Notes: generated by a model not told the origin, from the letters alone. A stretch of 64,000 nucleotides of DNA from an uncultured Chloroflexia bacterium (GCA_963745405.1 CAVUWY010000002.1:1045013-1109012); one strand, 5' to 3'. Counted from the first letter of the stretch, positions 8,764 through 18,007 are shown. Numbers and translations are program-made.

Positions 8764-10473
8764 CTAGAAGAGCCCGACGACCTCGCCGTTCTCGTCGATG
8801 TCGATGTTCTCGCCGCCCGGATGCGAGGGCAGCCCCGGCATCGTCCGCATCTCGCCGGCATAGGCGGTCAGGAAGCCGGCCCCGGCCGATAGGCGGACGT
8901 CGCGGATCGGGACCCGGAAGCCGGTCGGCCGCCCCATGAGCGTCGGATCGTGGCTCAGCGAGTACTGCGTCTTGGCCATGCAGATCGGCAGGTTCCCGAA
9001 CCCAAGACCCTCGATCTGGCGGATCGCCTTCGCCGCGGCGGGCAGCAGGTCGACTCCGTCGGCGCCGTAGATCCGGGTCGCGATGGTCTCGATCTTGGCC
9101 GCCACCGGCATGTCATCCGGGTAGAGGTAGTCGAACCGCGGCGCGCCTTCCTCGGCGGCTGCCCAGACCGCCGCGGCGAGGGCCTCGGCGCCGGCCCCGC
9201 CATCGGCGAAATGGGTCGCGAGGACCGCGTTCCGTGCTCCGGCGGCGAGGGCCACCTCGCGGATGGCGGCATGCTCGGCCGGCGTGTCGGTCGGGAAGGC
9301 GTTGATGGCGACGACCGCCGGGACCCCGAAGGCGGCGACGTTCTCGATCTGTTTGGCCAGGTTCGCCGCGCCGGCCCGGACCGCCTCGACGTTCTCCGCC
9401 GAGAGGGCGGCGTCGAGCGGCTTGCCGGCGACGATCTTGCCGACACCACCGTGCATCTTGAGGGCCCGGACCGTCGCCACGATGCATGCCGCGTCGGGCC
9501 GGATGCCCGAGGTCCGGCATTTGATGTCGAAGAACTTCTCGGCCCCCATGTCCGCCCCGAAGCCGGCCTCGGTGCAGACGATCTCGTTGGTGGCGAGGGC
9601 CAGCCGGTCGGCGAGGATCGAGTTGTTGCCGTGGGCGATGTTACCGAACGGGCCGCAGTGGACGAAGGCGGCGCCGCCCTCGAGCGTCTGAAGCAGGTTG
9701 GGCTTCAGGGCGTCGCGGAGGAGGACCGTCATCGCCCCGGCGACCTTGAGGTCCTCGGCCGTCACCGGCGAGCCGTCCATGGTCGTGGCGAGGACCATCC
9801 GGCCGAGCCGGGCGCGCAGGTCGTGGAGGTCCGAGGCGAGGGCGAGGACGGCCATGACCTCGGATGCGACGGTGATCTGCCACTCCGTCTCGCGCGGCGG
9901 ACCGTTCTCGCGTCCGCCGAGCCCGACGATCGCCCGCCGGATCGCCCGGTCGCTGATGTCGACGACGCGCGGCCACACGACGGAGGCCTGGTCGATCCCC
10001 AGCGGGTTCTTGTGGTGAAGGCTGTTATCGAGGAAGGCGGCGGCAAGGTTGTGGGCGGCGCCGATGGCGTGGTTGTCGCCGGTCAGGTGGAGGTTGAAGT
10101 CCTCCATCGGGATGACCTGGCTGTAGCCGCCACCCGCGGCCCCTCCCTTGATCCCGAACACCGGCCCGAGGCTCGGCTGGCGGATGGCGACGGCCGCTCG
10201 GTGCCCGATCCGGTTCAACCCCTGGGTGAGACCGATGGTCGTCGTCGTCTTGCCCTCGCCGAGCGGGGTCGGGCTTATCGCCGTGACGACGACGTACTTG
10301 CCGCGCGGGTTCGCCGCTTCGAGGCGGCGGATCGCCTCGATCGTGACCTTGGCCTTGGACGGCCCATAGAGTTCCAGCTCGTCGTCGCGGATCCCGAGCT
10401 CGGCGGCGACGTCGACGATCGGCCGAGGGGAGACCGCCCGGGCGATCTGGAGGTCGGACGGGAACCCGCTCAT
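8764..10473 (-). CDS. fhs: formate--tetrahydrofolate ligase
   Basis: The C-terminal 569 aa of the listed 1017-aa ORF read as Fhs (TPLGEGKTTTTIGL, GIKGGAAGGGY, FVHCGPFGNIAHG, ICMAKTQYSLS). The ATG at 10473 overlaps the folD stop (ATGA). Confidence 0.95.
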   Translation of the reverse strand: MSGFPSDLQIARAVSPRPIVDVAAELGIRDDELELYGPSKAKVTIEAIRRLEAANPRGKYVVVTAISPTPLGEGKTTTTIGLTQGLNRIGHRAAVAIRQPSLGPVFGIKGGAAGGGYSQVIPMEDFNLHLTGDNHAIGAAHNLAAAFLDNSLHHKNPLGIDQASVVWPRVVDISDRAIRRAIVGLGGRENGPPRETEWQITVASEVMAVLALASDLHDLRARLGRMVLATTMDGSPVTAEDLKVAGAMTVLLRDALKPNLLQTLEGGAAFVHCGPFGNIAHGNNSILADRLALATNEIVCTEAGFGADMGAEKFFDIKCRTSGIRPDAACIVATVRALKMHGGVGKIVAGKPLDAALSAENVEAVRAGAANLAKQIENVAAFGVPAVVAINAFPTDTPAEHAAIREVALAAGARNAVLATHFADGGAGAEALAAAVWAAAEEGAPRFDYLYPDDMPVAAKIETIATRIYGADGVDLLPAAAKAIRQIEGLGFGNLPICMAKTQYSLSHDPTLMGRPTGFRVPIRDVRLSAGAGFLTAYAGEMRTMPGLPSHPGGENIDIDENGEVVGLF

Positions 10474-11444
10474 GAGAAGCTCCCGACCGGCCGGGCCGCC
10501 GCGACGACCCGGACGGCCGGCCGCGGGCCGTCTGCCGGGGTCGCCTTCGGCCGAGCGCTCCGGCGCGGTCGCGGGCGGGGACGCTCGGCGCGCGCCTGGG
10601 CTTCCGCGGCCTGCACGAGGTGGGTCATGAGAAGGGCGTTGGTCACCGGCCCGACGCCGCCGGGCACCGGGGAGAGGGCCGATGCGACCGCGCCGACCGA
10701 GACCGGATCGACATCGCCGACGATCCGGCCACCCACGACGTTGATCCCGACATCGACCACGACCGCACCCCGTTTGATCATCTGGCCGGTGATGAGGCCC
10801 GGCTTCCCCACGGCGACGACGACGATGTCCGCCGTCTTGAGCTGGGCCGCCAGGTTCGGCGTCCGCGAATGGCAGAGCGTGACGGTGGCGTTCTCGCGGA
10901 GCAGGAGGAGCGCCGCCGGCTTTCCGACGACGTTCGAGCGCCCGACGACGACGGCCCGCTTGCCGGCGATCGCGATCCCCGATCGCTTCAGGATCTCGAC
11001 CGACGCCTGGGCGGTCGTCGGCAGGAACCCGTCGTGGCCGAGGGTCAGGCGTCCGGCGTTGAGCGGATGGATGCCGTCGATGTCCTTGGCCGGATCGAGC
11101 GTGTCGGTGACCGCCGAGAGCGGGATCCGCTTCGGCAGTGGCATCTGGACGATGATCCCCGCCACGAGCGGATCCTCGTTGAGCTGGGTGATCGTCGCCC
11201 GGAGACGGGCCGTCGAGGCGGCCCCGGGCACCTCGACGAGACGGCCGGCGATGCCGACGCTCCGGCACGTCCGCAGGATCTGCTGCAGGTAGACCGCAGA
11301 CGGCGCGTCCCGACCGACGAGCACGACGGCCAGCGTCGGAGCGAAACCGTGACGCCGGCGGAACGACGCCACGTCGGCCTTCACCCGGGCCTTGATCTCG
11401 GCGGCGATCGGGGCACCGAGCAGGGAAGAAGCTTGCGGGCTCAC
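10470..11444 (-). CDS. folD: bifunctional methylene-THF dehydrogenase / methenyl-THF cyclohydrolase, with about 40-aa basic C-terminal tail
   Basis: FolD motifs are present (LAVVLVGRDAPSAVY, DIDGIHPLNAG, VVVGRSNVVGKP, SPVPGGVGPVT). The GTG at 11444 overlaps the upstream stop (GTGA). Confidence 0.9.
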   Translation of the reverse strand: MSPQASSLLGAPIAAEIKARVKADVASFRRRHGFAPTLAVVLVGRDAPSAVYLQQILRTCRSVGIAGRLVEVPGAASTARLRATITQLNEDPLVAGIIVQMPLPKRIPLSAVTDTLDPAKDIDGIHPLNAGRLTLGHDGFLPTTAQASVEILKRSGIAIAGKRAVVVGRSNVVGKPAALLLLRENATVTLCHSRTPNLAAQLKTADIVVVAVGKPGLITGQMIKRGAVVVDVGINVVGGRIVGDVDPVSVGAVASALSPVPGGVGPVTNALLMTHLVQAAEAQARAERPRPRPRRSARPKATPADGPRPAVRVVAAARPVGSFS

Positions 11445-12121
11445 CCGGCCATGCCCTCGTCGACCGGTGGGCGAGCGGCACCCGAGGCGACGACCGCGCG
11501 CGTCTCGGCAGCGAGGATCGCCACCTCGGCCAGGAGCCCGTCGACCCGCGCCGACAGGGTGGCCGCCAGCGCCTCGTCGCCGATGGATGGCAGGTTGATC
11601 TCGACGTTGGCCGCGGCGCCGCGAGCAGCCGCCTCTCCGAGCAATGCAGCCACGGCGAGGTCGCTCGAGGCGTTCGGGTTGCTCCGTCCGGCCAGCGACT
11701 CCGCCGTTGCGACGAGGTCTCGACACGCCTCGACGACCTCGAGCGGCACGGTCGATGCAGCGCGGGCCGCCGTGTGGAGCGACTCCGATCGTGTCGCTCG
11801 CTCCGCGTCGGTCTCACGGGGCAGCTTCATGGCGGCCGCATAGCCGCCGTATGCCGTGGCATCTTCGTCGGCGAGCCTGAGCAGCCGGTCCCCGAGTTCG
11901 TGGCCCGTCTGTCGCGCGGCTGCGAGGAGGCTCGCGTGGGCGGCGTACTTCGGCCGGTCGATCGAGAGGGACGCGACCATCGCGACGAGCTCCGCTCCGA
12001 GCGCCGCTGCGACCGCCGAGGCGCTGCCCCCGCCCGGCACGGGATCGGCCGAGCCGAGGCGTGCAGCAAAGCCGCCGACAGTCAGGTCGCGAAACGGGAC
12101 GGCGGCGTCCTCCGGTGCCAC
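11441..12121 (-). CDS. cyclodeaminase/cyclohydrolase family protein (FTCD C-terminal domain / FchA-like)
   Basis: Sequence reads ...FAARLGSADPVPGGGSASAVAAALGAELVAMVASLS...ATAYGGYAAAMKLP. The preferred start is the GTG at 12121, which lies 7 nt downstream of a TACAAT hexamer (12134-12129, minus strand), a leaderless-type geometry. An alternative ATG lies at 12175. Confidence 0.8.
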   Translation of the reverse strand: MAPEDAAVPFRDLTVGGFAARLGSADPVPGGGSASAVAAALGAELVAMVASLSIDRPKYAAHASLLAAARQTGHELGDRLLRLADEDATAYGGYAAAMKLPRETDAERATRSESLHTAARAASTVPLEVVEACRDLVATAESLAGRSNPNASSDLAVAALLGEAAARGAAANVEINLPSIGDEALAATLSARVDGLLAEVAILAAETRAVVASGAARPPVDEGMAG

Positions 12122-12251
12122 GCCGCCGATTGTAGGTCGGCCGGTCGGGGGTGGGCGCGGTACCGGCGCGCCCATGTCCCAGACCGGCCGTAGCCCGGCC
12201 GGATGGGAGGGCACCCCGGCAGGGCTGCTCGACGGGTGTCGGTCGTCGAGC

Positions 12252-12275
12252 GTCTGTGGTTGCGGACGGTCCGCC
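12252..12275 (-). terminator. GC-rich hairpin downstream of the small SOS ORF
   Basis: GCGGACGG-N8-CCGTCCGC is a perfect 8-bp stem about 35 nt after the stop at 12309. It has no U-tract, so it would be an I-shaped type terminator. Confidence 0.4.
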
Positions 12276-12308
12276 CGCCGTCCGCGTCAGCGAGCCATCG
12301 AGCGACGT

Positions 12309-12578
12309 TCAGGCCGCCGGGCTCGCCTCGTCCAGGCCGTCGATCGTCCAGCGTCGCGTCCGATGTCCGAACACGAGGGCCAGGCGAGCGCGCGGCGTCT
12401 CGACCTCGAAGATCGTCCGCGGTCCGATCTCCATGCTGTAGGCCGCGGTCTCGTCACGGACGGCCGCCAACCTGGTGACGGGAAGCCGCTCGGCTCCCCA
12501 GGCGATCTCGCGCGGTCGCCCGTCGAACCAATCCGTCCGAACGCGGACGGGCACCGGTTCCACTCTGATCATCGCCAT
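12309..12578 (-). CDS. small hypothetical protein (89 aa) behind a dual-LexA-box promoter
   Basis: Listed ORF with GGAAAGGAG 7 nt upstream of the ATG at 12578. It has no TM segment and no family was recognised. Confidence 0.65.
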   Translation of the reverse strand: MAMIRVEPVPVRVRTDWFDGRPREIAWGAERLPVTRLAAVRDETAAYSMEIGPRTIFEVETPRARLALVFGHRTRRWTIDGLDEASPAA

Positions 12579-12646
12579 CGCTGGGCTCCTTTCCGGGGGC
12601 TATGTCGATCCCGCCGGACGGCCTGGGCACTTCGGGCTCGTCTGCA

Positions 12647-12699
12647 GAACGTCTGTTCTATCTGGCGTCGACTCTAGGCGAACGCCTGTTCTATGTCAA
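12647..12699 (-). promoter_or_regulatory. SOS-type promoter with two LexA (Cheo-type) boxes
   Basis: On the minus strand: TTGACA (12699-12694), a 17-nt spacer, then TAGAGT (12676-12671). Box GAACAGGCGTTC (12680-12691) fills the spacer, and a second box GAACAGACGTTC (12647-12658) lies just downstream of the -10. Confidence 0.7.
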
Positions 12700-12906
12700 G
12701 CGGTTCTGCGGCATCGTCCGCGGGGTCCGTGCCACCTGTCTGGCACTCTCACCACAGGTTCCGAACCCGTGCGGTTCCCGACGTGCCTCAGACCGCTGAT
12801 GCATCGCGAGGGCATCAGATCGGAAGGCCTGTCCCGACCGTCTTGATCAGCGCTTGCCGCGATGCATCCACGTGCATCGCGAGGAGAACGAGCCATCGAC
12901 GGGCGA

Positions 12907-14247
12907 TCAGTCCCGGACCTCGTGGCCCTCGCCTTCGTCGGGTCCTGACGCCGCTCGGGCCGACGCACCCGAGACCCCCGGCTCCGACCCGGCCCGAGCC
13001 CCATCACCAGCCCGGTCCCCAGCCGCAGCCGCAGTCCCCGAGCGGTGCTCCGGGGCGGTCATCGGGTCTCGCTCGAAGGGGGCCGGCAGGCCGCTCCCGA
13101 GAAGCCGGGCCCGGGTCAGCGTCCGCACGCCGTAGCGTTTCCTGATCGCATCCTCGGCCTCGACCAGGCGATGGCGACGGGCCTCGTCCGTACCGAAGAG
13201 CGAGAGCTGATCCCGCACGCCGAGGTTCGACGCGGTCACGCCGAGGAGCCGCACCCGCAGCCCTCGGACCTCCGGCCTGGCGAGCTCGATGGCGGTCCTC
13301 CAGATCGGCTCGGTCAGGTCGGTCGGCTCGGGCAAGGTCCGGCGTCGGGTCACCGTCCGGAACGACGAGTCGCGGATCTTCACCGTCACCGTCGCGGCAC
13401 GGACGCCGGATGCCCGCAGGCGGCCCGAGACGCCCTCGGCCATCGCGAGCAGCGTCCGCTCGATCACCTCCGGGTCGCTCGTGTCGATGTCGAAGGTGTG
13501 CTCGTGGCCGATCGACTTCGCCGCCGCGCGGTCGGAGACAGGATCGGGGTCGACGCCTCGTGCCCGCGCGGCCAACGCAGCCCCGTTGCGCCCGAACCGG
13601 CGCTCGACGTGGGTCGGATCGAGGGCGGCCAGGTCGCCGATCGTCGTCACCCCGAGCTCGCGGAGCGCGGCCGCAGTCTGCCCGCCGACGCCCCACAGCC
13701 GGCCGATCGGCAAGGGTGCGAGGAAGGACGCCTCCTCGCCCGGTGGCACGACGACGAGCGCATCGGGCTTGCGGAGGTCCGAGGCGACCTTGGCCACGAG
13801 CTTCGTCGTGGCGACGCCGACCGACGCGGTGAGTCCAACCTCGTCCTCGATCGCCCGACGGATCGCCCGACCGATCGCCTCGCCGTCCCCGAACAGCGCC
13901 TGCGAGGCGGTCACGTCGAGGAACGCCTCGTCGATCGAGATGGGCTCGACGAGCGGGGTGAAGCGGCGGAGGATCGTCATCACCTCGACGCTCACGTCCT
14001 GGTACTTGGCCCCGTCGACCGGCAGGAACACGGCCTGCGGACAGAGCGCCGCCGCCGTCCGGAGGGGCATCGCCGAGTGGACCCCGAATGCCCGCGCTTC
14101 GTAGCTCGCGGCAGAGACGACTCCCCGATCCGTGGGTCCGCCGCCGCCGACGACCACCGGCCGGCCGCGCAGCTCCGGCCGGTCGCGCTGCTCGACCGAG
14201 GCGAAGAACGCATCGAGATCGACGTGGAGGATGGTCCGCTCGGCCAT
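12907..14247 (-). CDS. dinB: DNA polymerase IV (Y-family)
   Basis: Begins MAERTILHVDLDAFFASVEQ, with SIDEAFLDVT and GVATTKLVAKVAS. The start is the ATG at 14247. The product is 446 aa with a Gly/Ala/Ser-rich C-terminal tail. Confidence 0.92.
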   Translation of the reverse strand: MAERTILHVDLDAFFASVEQRDRPELRGRPVVVGGGGPTDRGVVSAASYEARAFGVHSAMPLRTAAALCPQAVFLPVDGAKYQDVSVEVMTILRRFTPLVEPISIDEAFLDVTASQALFGDGEAIGRAIRRAIEDEVGLTASVGVATTKLVAKVASDLRKPDALVVVPPGEEASFLAPLPIGRLWGVGGQTAAALRELGVTTIGDLAALDPTHVERRFGRNGAALAARARGVDPDPVSDRAAAKSIGHEHTFDIDTSDPEVIERTLLAMAEGVSGRLRASGVRAATVTVKIRDSSFRTVTRRRTLPEPTDLTEPIWRTAIELARPEVRGLRVRLLGVTASNLGVRDQLSLFGTDEARRHRLVEAEDAIRKRYGVRTLTRARLLGSGLPAPFERDPMTAPEHRSGTAAAAGDRAGDGARAGSEPGVSGASARAASGPDEGEGHEVRD

Positions 14248-14254
14248 GCCGTCC

Positions 14255-15487
14255 TCAGGCCACCCAGTCGCCGTGGAGGAACGACGAGAGGAGGAGGGCA
14301 AGGAACATCGTCGATCCGATGACCCAGGCGAGCTGGAGCCGGGGGCTGCGGACCTCCGCGAGGACGACGAAGGCCGGGAAGACGACCGCGACGAGGCGGG
14401 CCGTCGAGGTGAGCGGGGTGGGCTGGATCCGGGTCGCGATGAGGGCGAGCTGGGCCGCTGCGAGGAGCGTGTACGACAGCGGCAGTCGCCGGATGCCGAC
14501 CACGAGCAGGACGAGGAAGAGGGCCAGCGTCACCAGGTTCAGCGCCTCGAGTGGATCGTGGTGGTCGATAGTCCACTGCCAGGCGGCCGCGAAGACGTCC
14601 CATGGCGGGTGGAAGTTCTTGCCGCCCCAGGCGTCCTGCGTGTCGAGCGGCGTCTGGCCGGTGACGAGCCCGGAGAAGACGAGGAAGCCGACGAAGCCGA
14701 CGAAGGGCGCGAGGACCGCCAGCCCCGGCACGATCATGGGCCGGAACGAGGCCACAAGACCGGCCGACGCGGTCGGCCGAGCCTCCCGCCACGCACAGAA
14801 CGCCTCCCAGCCGAGGGGCAGGACGAGGAAGAGGCCCTGGATCCGGGTCAGCGAGGCAAGGACGGCCGCCACGACGGCCAACCACCACAGCCGCTCCCTC
14901 GCGGCCAGCACCGCCCAGACGGTCGTGGCCAGGAAGACCGACTCGGTGAACGGAACGAAGAAGAAGAACGCCGCCGGCCAGATCGAGATCGCGACGACCG
15001 TCCGGCGTGCGGTCTCCCGGTCGAAGTCGCGCGCGACGAGGCGTTCGAGTCCGATCATCGCGGCGATGTAGCCGATCCCGGCGACGATGAGCCCGCCCAG
15101 AGCGATCGATATGCCGGGCAACCGCCCGACGATCCCCATGAGGGCCGGGAAGAGCGGCCAGAAGTTGGCGCTGTCGATGCCCGGCTCGTAGCCGAACGTC
15201 GCGACCTTGCTGTACCAGCAGGCGTCCCAGCGCTGGAAGACCCCGACGAGGGGGAACGCCGCGCCCTGGTCGGCGAGCGGCGGGATCGTCGTCCAGCCGT
15301 CGCGGGCAAGCTCGAAGTGACATGGTCCCGGGAGGGTCGCGGTCGCCCATAGGTAGGCGGCGACGAGCCCGAAGACGACCCGCAGGGTGACGAAGAGAAA
15401 GAGGGCGTCCACGACGCCGGGCGTCGCTATCGAGCGCCACGAGCGGGCGGGCGCGGGGGCGGGGACGGTCAATCGCATCTCCGGCAT
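14255..15487 (-). CDS. GT-C fold membrane mannosyltransferase-like protein (PIG-V/GT76-like)
   Basis: About 10 TM segments, with motifs FQRWDACWYSKVATFGYE and ANFWPLFPALMGIV. It is a paralogue of 45871..47046. The start (ATG 15487) is uncertain. Confidence 0.8.
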   Translation of the reverse strand: MPEMRLTVPAPAPARSWRSIATPGVVDALFLFVTLRVVFGLVAAYLWATATLPGPCHFELARDGWTTIPPLADQGAAFPLVGVFQRWDACWYSKVATFGYEPGIDSANFWPLFPALMGIVGRLPGISIALGGLIVAGIGYIAAMIGLERLVARDFDRETARRTVVAISIWPAAFFFFVPFTESVFLATTVWAVLAARERLWWLAVVAAVLASLTRIQGLFLVLPLGWEAFCAWREARPTASAGLVASFRPMIVPGLAVLAPFVGFVGFLVFSGLVTGQTPLDTQDAWGGKNFHPPWDVFAAAWQWTIDHHDPLEALNLVTLALFLVLLVVGIRRLPLSYTLLAAAQLALIATRIQPTPLTSTARLVAVVFPAFVVLAEVRSPRLQLAWVIGSTMFLALLLSSFLHGDWVA

Positions 15488-15538
15488 GATCGACCCCGGC
15501 GGGGATCGGCCCTCCGCCGGAGTGTATCGTTCGCGTCC

Positions 15539-16801
15539 ATGGATCGGGCCGTCGCGGCAGCGGGCAGCGAAGTCGTCGAGGAGCCCTCCTCCTTCATCGG
15601 GCGGGCCGTCGAGCGCCACGCCGACGCCCTCCGCGCCGTCGCCATCGCCGTCGCGACCATCGGCGTGTACGTCTACACCTCGTCACGCGATCGGCAATCG
15701 CTCGATTACTTCGTCCGTCTCGCCTCGGCGTTCCTCGACGGTCGCATCTACCTGACCGACGCGCCGTCCTGGCTCAACGAGCTCATCCCCCACGCGCCCG
15801 GCGTGTACTACGTCGCCTATCCGCCCATGCCGGGCGTCCTGCTCGTGCCGTTCGTCCTCGTCTGGGGCCCGGACTTCCCGCAGCAGCTCGCCAGCTGCGT
15901 GTTCGGCGGCATCGGGGTCGGCCTCGCCTGGCTCGTCCTCGGCGAATTCGCCCTGACCTACCGGGTCCGACTGTTCCTGACCGCCGTGTTCGGCTTCGGG
16001 ACCGTCCTCTGGTTCGTGTCGGAGGTCGGCTCGGGCTGGTACCTGTCCCACAGTGCGGCGGTCATGCTGATGATGGGGGCCGTCCTCCTGGCCCTCCGCC
16101 GGCAGGCCCCGTTCGCCGTCGGGCTGCTCCTCGGGGCGGCAGCCCTGTGCCGGCTTCCCGTCGCGCTGACGCTCCCCTTCTTCGCGGCGATGCTGCTCGA
16201 CCTCGGCTGGCCGCCACGGATCCCGGCCGATCGCCGCGACGCCCTGAGCCGAGCCGTTCGACTCGGGGCTGGCATGGCCATCCCGATCGGCGCCTACGCG
16301 CTCTACAACATCGCCCGCTACGGGACGCCGATCGATCAGAGCTACGTCCTGATCCCGGGGGTCCTCGACGACCCCATCTACGCGAAGGACGGCATCCTGT
16401 CGATCACCTATATCCCCCGTCATATCTTCGCGATCTTCCTGCGCAGCTGGAACTACGTCGACGACCCGCCGTTCTTCCAGCCGTCGTGGTGGGGGCTCTC
16501 ACTCTTCCTCACCACGCCACTCTTCCTGTGGCTGGCGAGGGCCCGCCTTGGCGACCCGCGGGTGGCCTGGGCGGCGATCGCCACCGCGCTGGCCCTCGTC
16601 CCCATCGTCACCCACGGCAACGTCGGGATCAGCCAGTTCGGCTACCGCTTCAGCCTCGACGTCCAGCCGCTCCTGTTCGTCATCCTGGCGACCGTCTTCG
16701 AGCGGGGCATGTCGCGCCTGGCGGCGGCCGCCGGCGTCGTCTCGATCGCCGTCTGCGCCTACGCCATCTGGGCGATCAGCATCGGCTTCGTCTCGTATTG
16801 A
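15539..16801 (+). CDS. GT-C fold membrane glycosyltransferase (ArnT/PMT-like)
   Basis: Listed 420-aa polytopic ORF and a paralogue of 48034..49242 (shared ...YRFSLD/YRYALDS... and PPFFQPSWWG/PPYFQPDGLG segments). It is divergent from 14255..15487. Confidence 0.8.
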   Translation: MDRAVAAAGSEVVEEPSSFIGRAVERHADALRAVAIAVATIGVYVYTSSRDRQSLDYFVRLASAFLDGRIYLTDAPSWLNELIPHAPGVYYVAYPPMPGVLLVPFVLVWGPDFPQQLASCVFGGIGVGLAWLVLGEFALTYRVRLFLTAVFGFGTVLWFVSEVGSGWYLSHSAAVMLMMGAVLLALRRQAPFAVGLLLGAAALCRLPVALTLPFFAAMLLDLGWPPRIPADRRDALSRAVRLGAGMAIPIGAYALYNIARYGTPIDQSYVLIPGVLDDPIYAKDGILSITYIPRHIFAIFLRSWNYVDDPPFFQPSWWGLSLFLTTPLFLWLARARLGDPRVAWAAIATALALVPIVTHGNVGISQFGYRFSLDVQPLLFVILATVFERGMSRLAAAAGVVSIAVCAYAIWAISIGFVSY

Positions 16802-16876
16802 GCTCCCGCCGAGTCAGCTCCCCGGGCGCCGGACGGCCGGGGTCGAGCGGGCCGGCCTGGGCGGGTCGGCCGGACC

Positions 16877-17323
16877 TCAGCCCTTGGGCTCGACGACGAT
16901 GGTGACCTCGGGCGTCATGCCCGAGAAGACCTTGACGGCCACCTTGTAGGTGCCGAGGGCCTTGAGCGGCTCCTCGAGGTCGACCTTGTGGCGATCGATC
17001 TCGATCCCCCGCCGGGCGAGCGCGTCGGCGATGTCCTTGGCGGTGATGGAGCCGTACAGCTTGCCGCCATCGCCGACCTTGACGCCCATCGTCAGCGTCG
17101 TACTGGCGATCCGGGTGGCGTAGATCTCGGCTTCCTCGCGCTCGCGCCGCCGCTTATCCTCGCGACTGGCGATGTCGTGCTGCCAGGCCCGATAGGCGCC
17201 GCCGGCGGCCGGGACCGCGAGCTTCTGGGGGATGAGGAAGTTCGTCGCGTAGCCGTCGGCGACGGTCTTGAGCTCACCGCTCTTGCCGAGCTTGGCGACG
17301 TCGCTGGTCAGGATCACCTTCAC
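16877..17323 (-). CDS. rplI: 50S ribosomal protein L9
   Basis: The C-terminal 148 aa of the listed 356-aa ORF begin VKVILTSDVAKLGKSGELKTVADGYATNFLIPQKLA. The GTG at 17323 overlaps the upstream stop (GTGA). Confidence 0.92.
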   Translation of the reverse strand: MKVILTSDVAKLGKSGELKTVADGYATNFLIPQKLAVPAAGGAYRAWQHDIASREDKRRREREEAEIYATRIASTTLTMGVKVGDGGKLYGSITAKDIADALARRGIEIDRHKVDLEEPLKALGTYKVAVKVFSGMTPEVTIVVEPKG

Positions 17324-17841
17324 GCTGGGTTGCCCTCTCTGTTGAGCCAGGCCCGGGTCCGCGGACCGAGGCCGGATGTCTTGATCGCCTGCCCGGCTGC
17401 CTCGACGGCCCGGGGCACGCGACGGATCACGCGGCGGACGGGCTTCGGCGTCAGGCGCCTGATCTGGGCGATGTCCTGTTCGAAGGCCGCCGGCTCGATG
17501 CCGAGTTGATGGAGCTTCTCGTTGAGCAGTTCCGGCGGGACGCCGTCGAGGAACAGCTCGACGGCGAGGACGACGACGACGAGATCGTCGAGGCCGCCGA
17601 TCACCGGGATGTCGTCCGGGATCAGGTCCCGTCCCAGAACGAGGTAGCCGGCCGCGCCGGCCAGCAGGGCCGTCCGCGCCTTCGGCATCCGCCGGTCCTG
17701 GACGAGCGCCGCGATGAGCCGGGCGTACATCGGCGCCCGACCGGCCAGCGGCAGGAACGCGGCGTAGCCGAGCATCCGGCGGACGACCACGCCGGAGCGG
17801 CTGCCGCCCTGGGCCCGACCCGTCGATCGTGAGCGTGCCAT
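17320..17841 (-). CDS. DUF1232 (YkvA-like) membrane protein
   Basis: Listed 173-aa ORF containing the DLIPDDIPVIGGLDD signature of DUF1232. Confidence 0.75.
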   Translation of the reverse strand: MARSRSTGRAQGGSRSGVVVRRMLGYAAFLPLAGRAPMYARLIAALVQDRRMPKARTALLAGAAGYLVLGRDLIPDDIPVIGGLDDLVVVVLAVELFLDGVPPELLNEKLHQLGIEPAAFEQDIAQIRRLTPKPVRRVIRRVPRAVEAAGQAIKTSGLGPRTRAWLNREGNPA

Positions 17842-18007
17842 CCCGGCTGGTCACACCTCGAATACGAAGGGCGGGCCACGCTGGCTCGCCCGGGTCGAGC
17901 AGTGTACCGCGCAGTCCGGTTCCGGGACACGGCATGCCGACGGCCACGGGACGCCCGACGGGCCGCCCATCGCCCGGCGGGGTCCCTTGCCGCGAGGGGA
18001 CCCGCGC

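Noticed and set aside
8764-11817. Listed 1017-aa ORF as a single protein
   Set aside because: Only the C-terminal 569 aa are Fhs. The upstream part is an out-of-frame read-through across folD and the FTCD_C-like gene, typical of stop-poor high-GC DNA.
12176-12308. Possible ZTP (pfl) or THF riboswitch upstream of the one-carbon operon
   Set aside because: I looked on the minus strand for the conserved ZTP elements (a CCGCCTGGGC-type pseudoknot 3' half) and did not find them. The only structure is a simple 8-bp hairpin, better explained as the terminator of the upstream small ORF.
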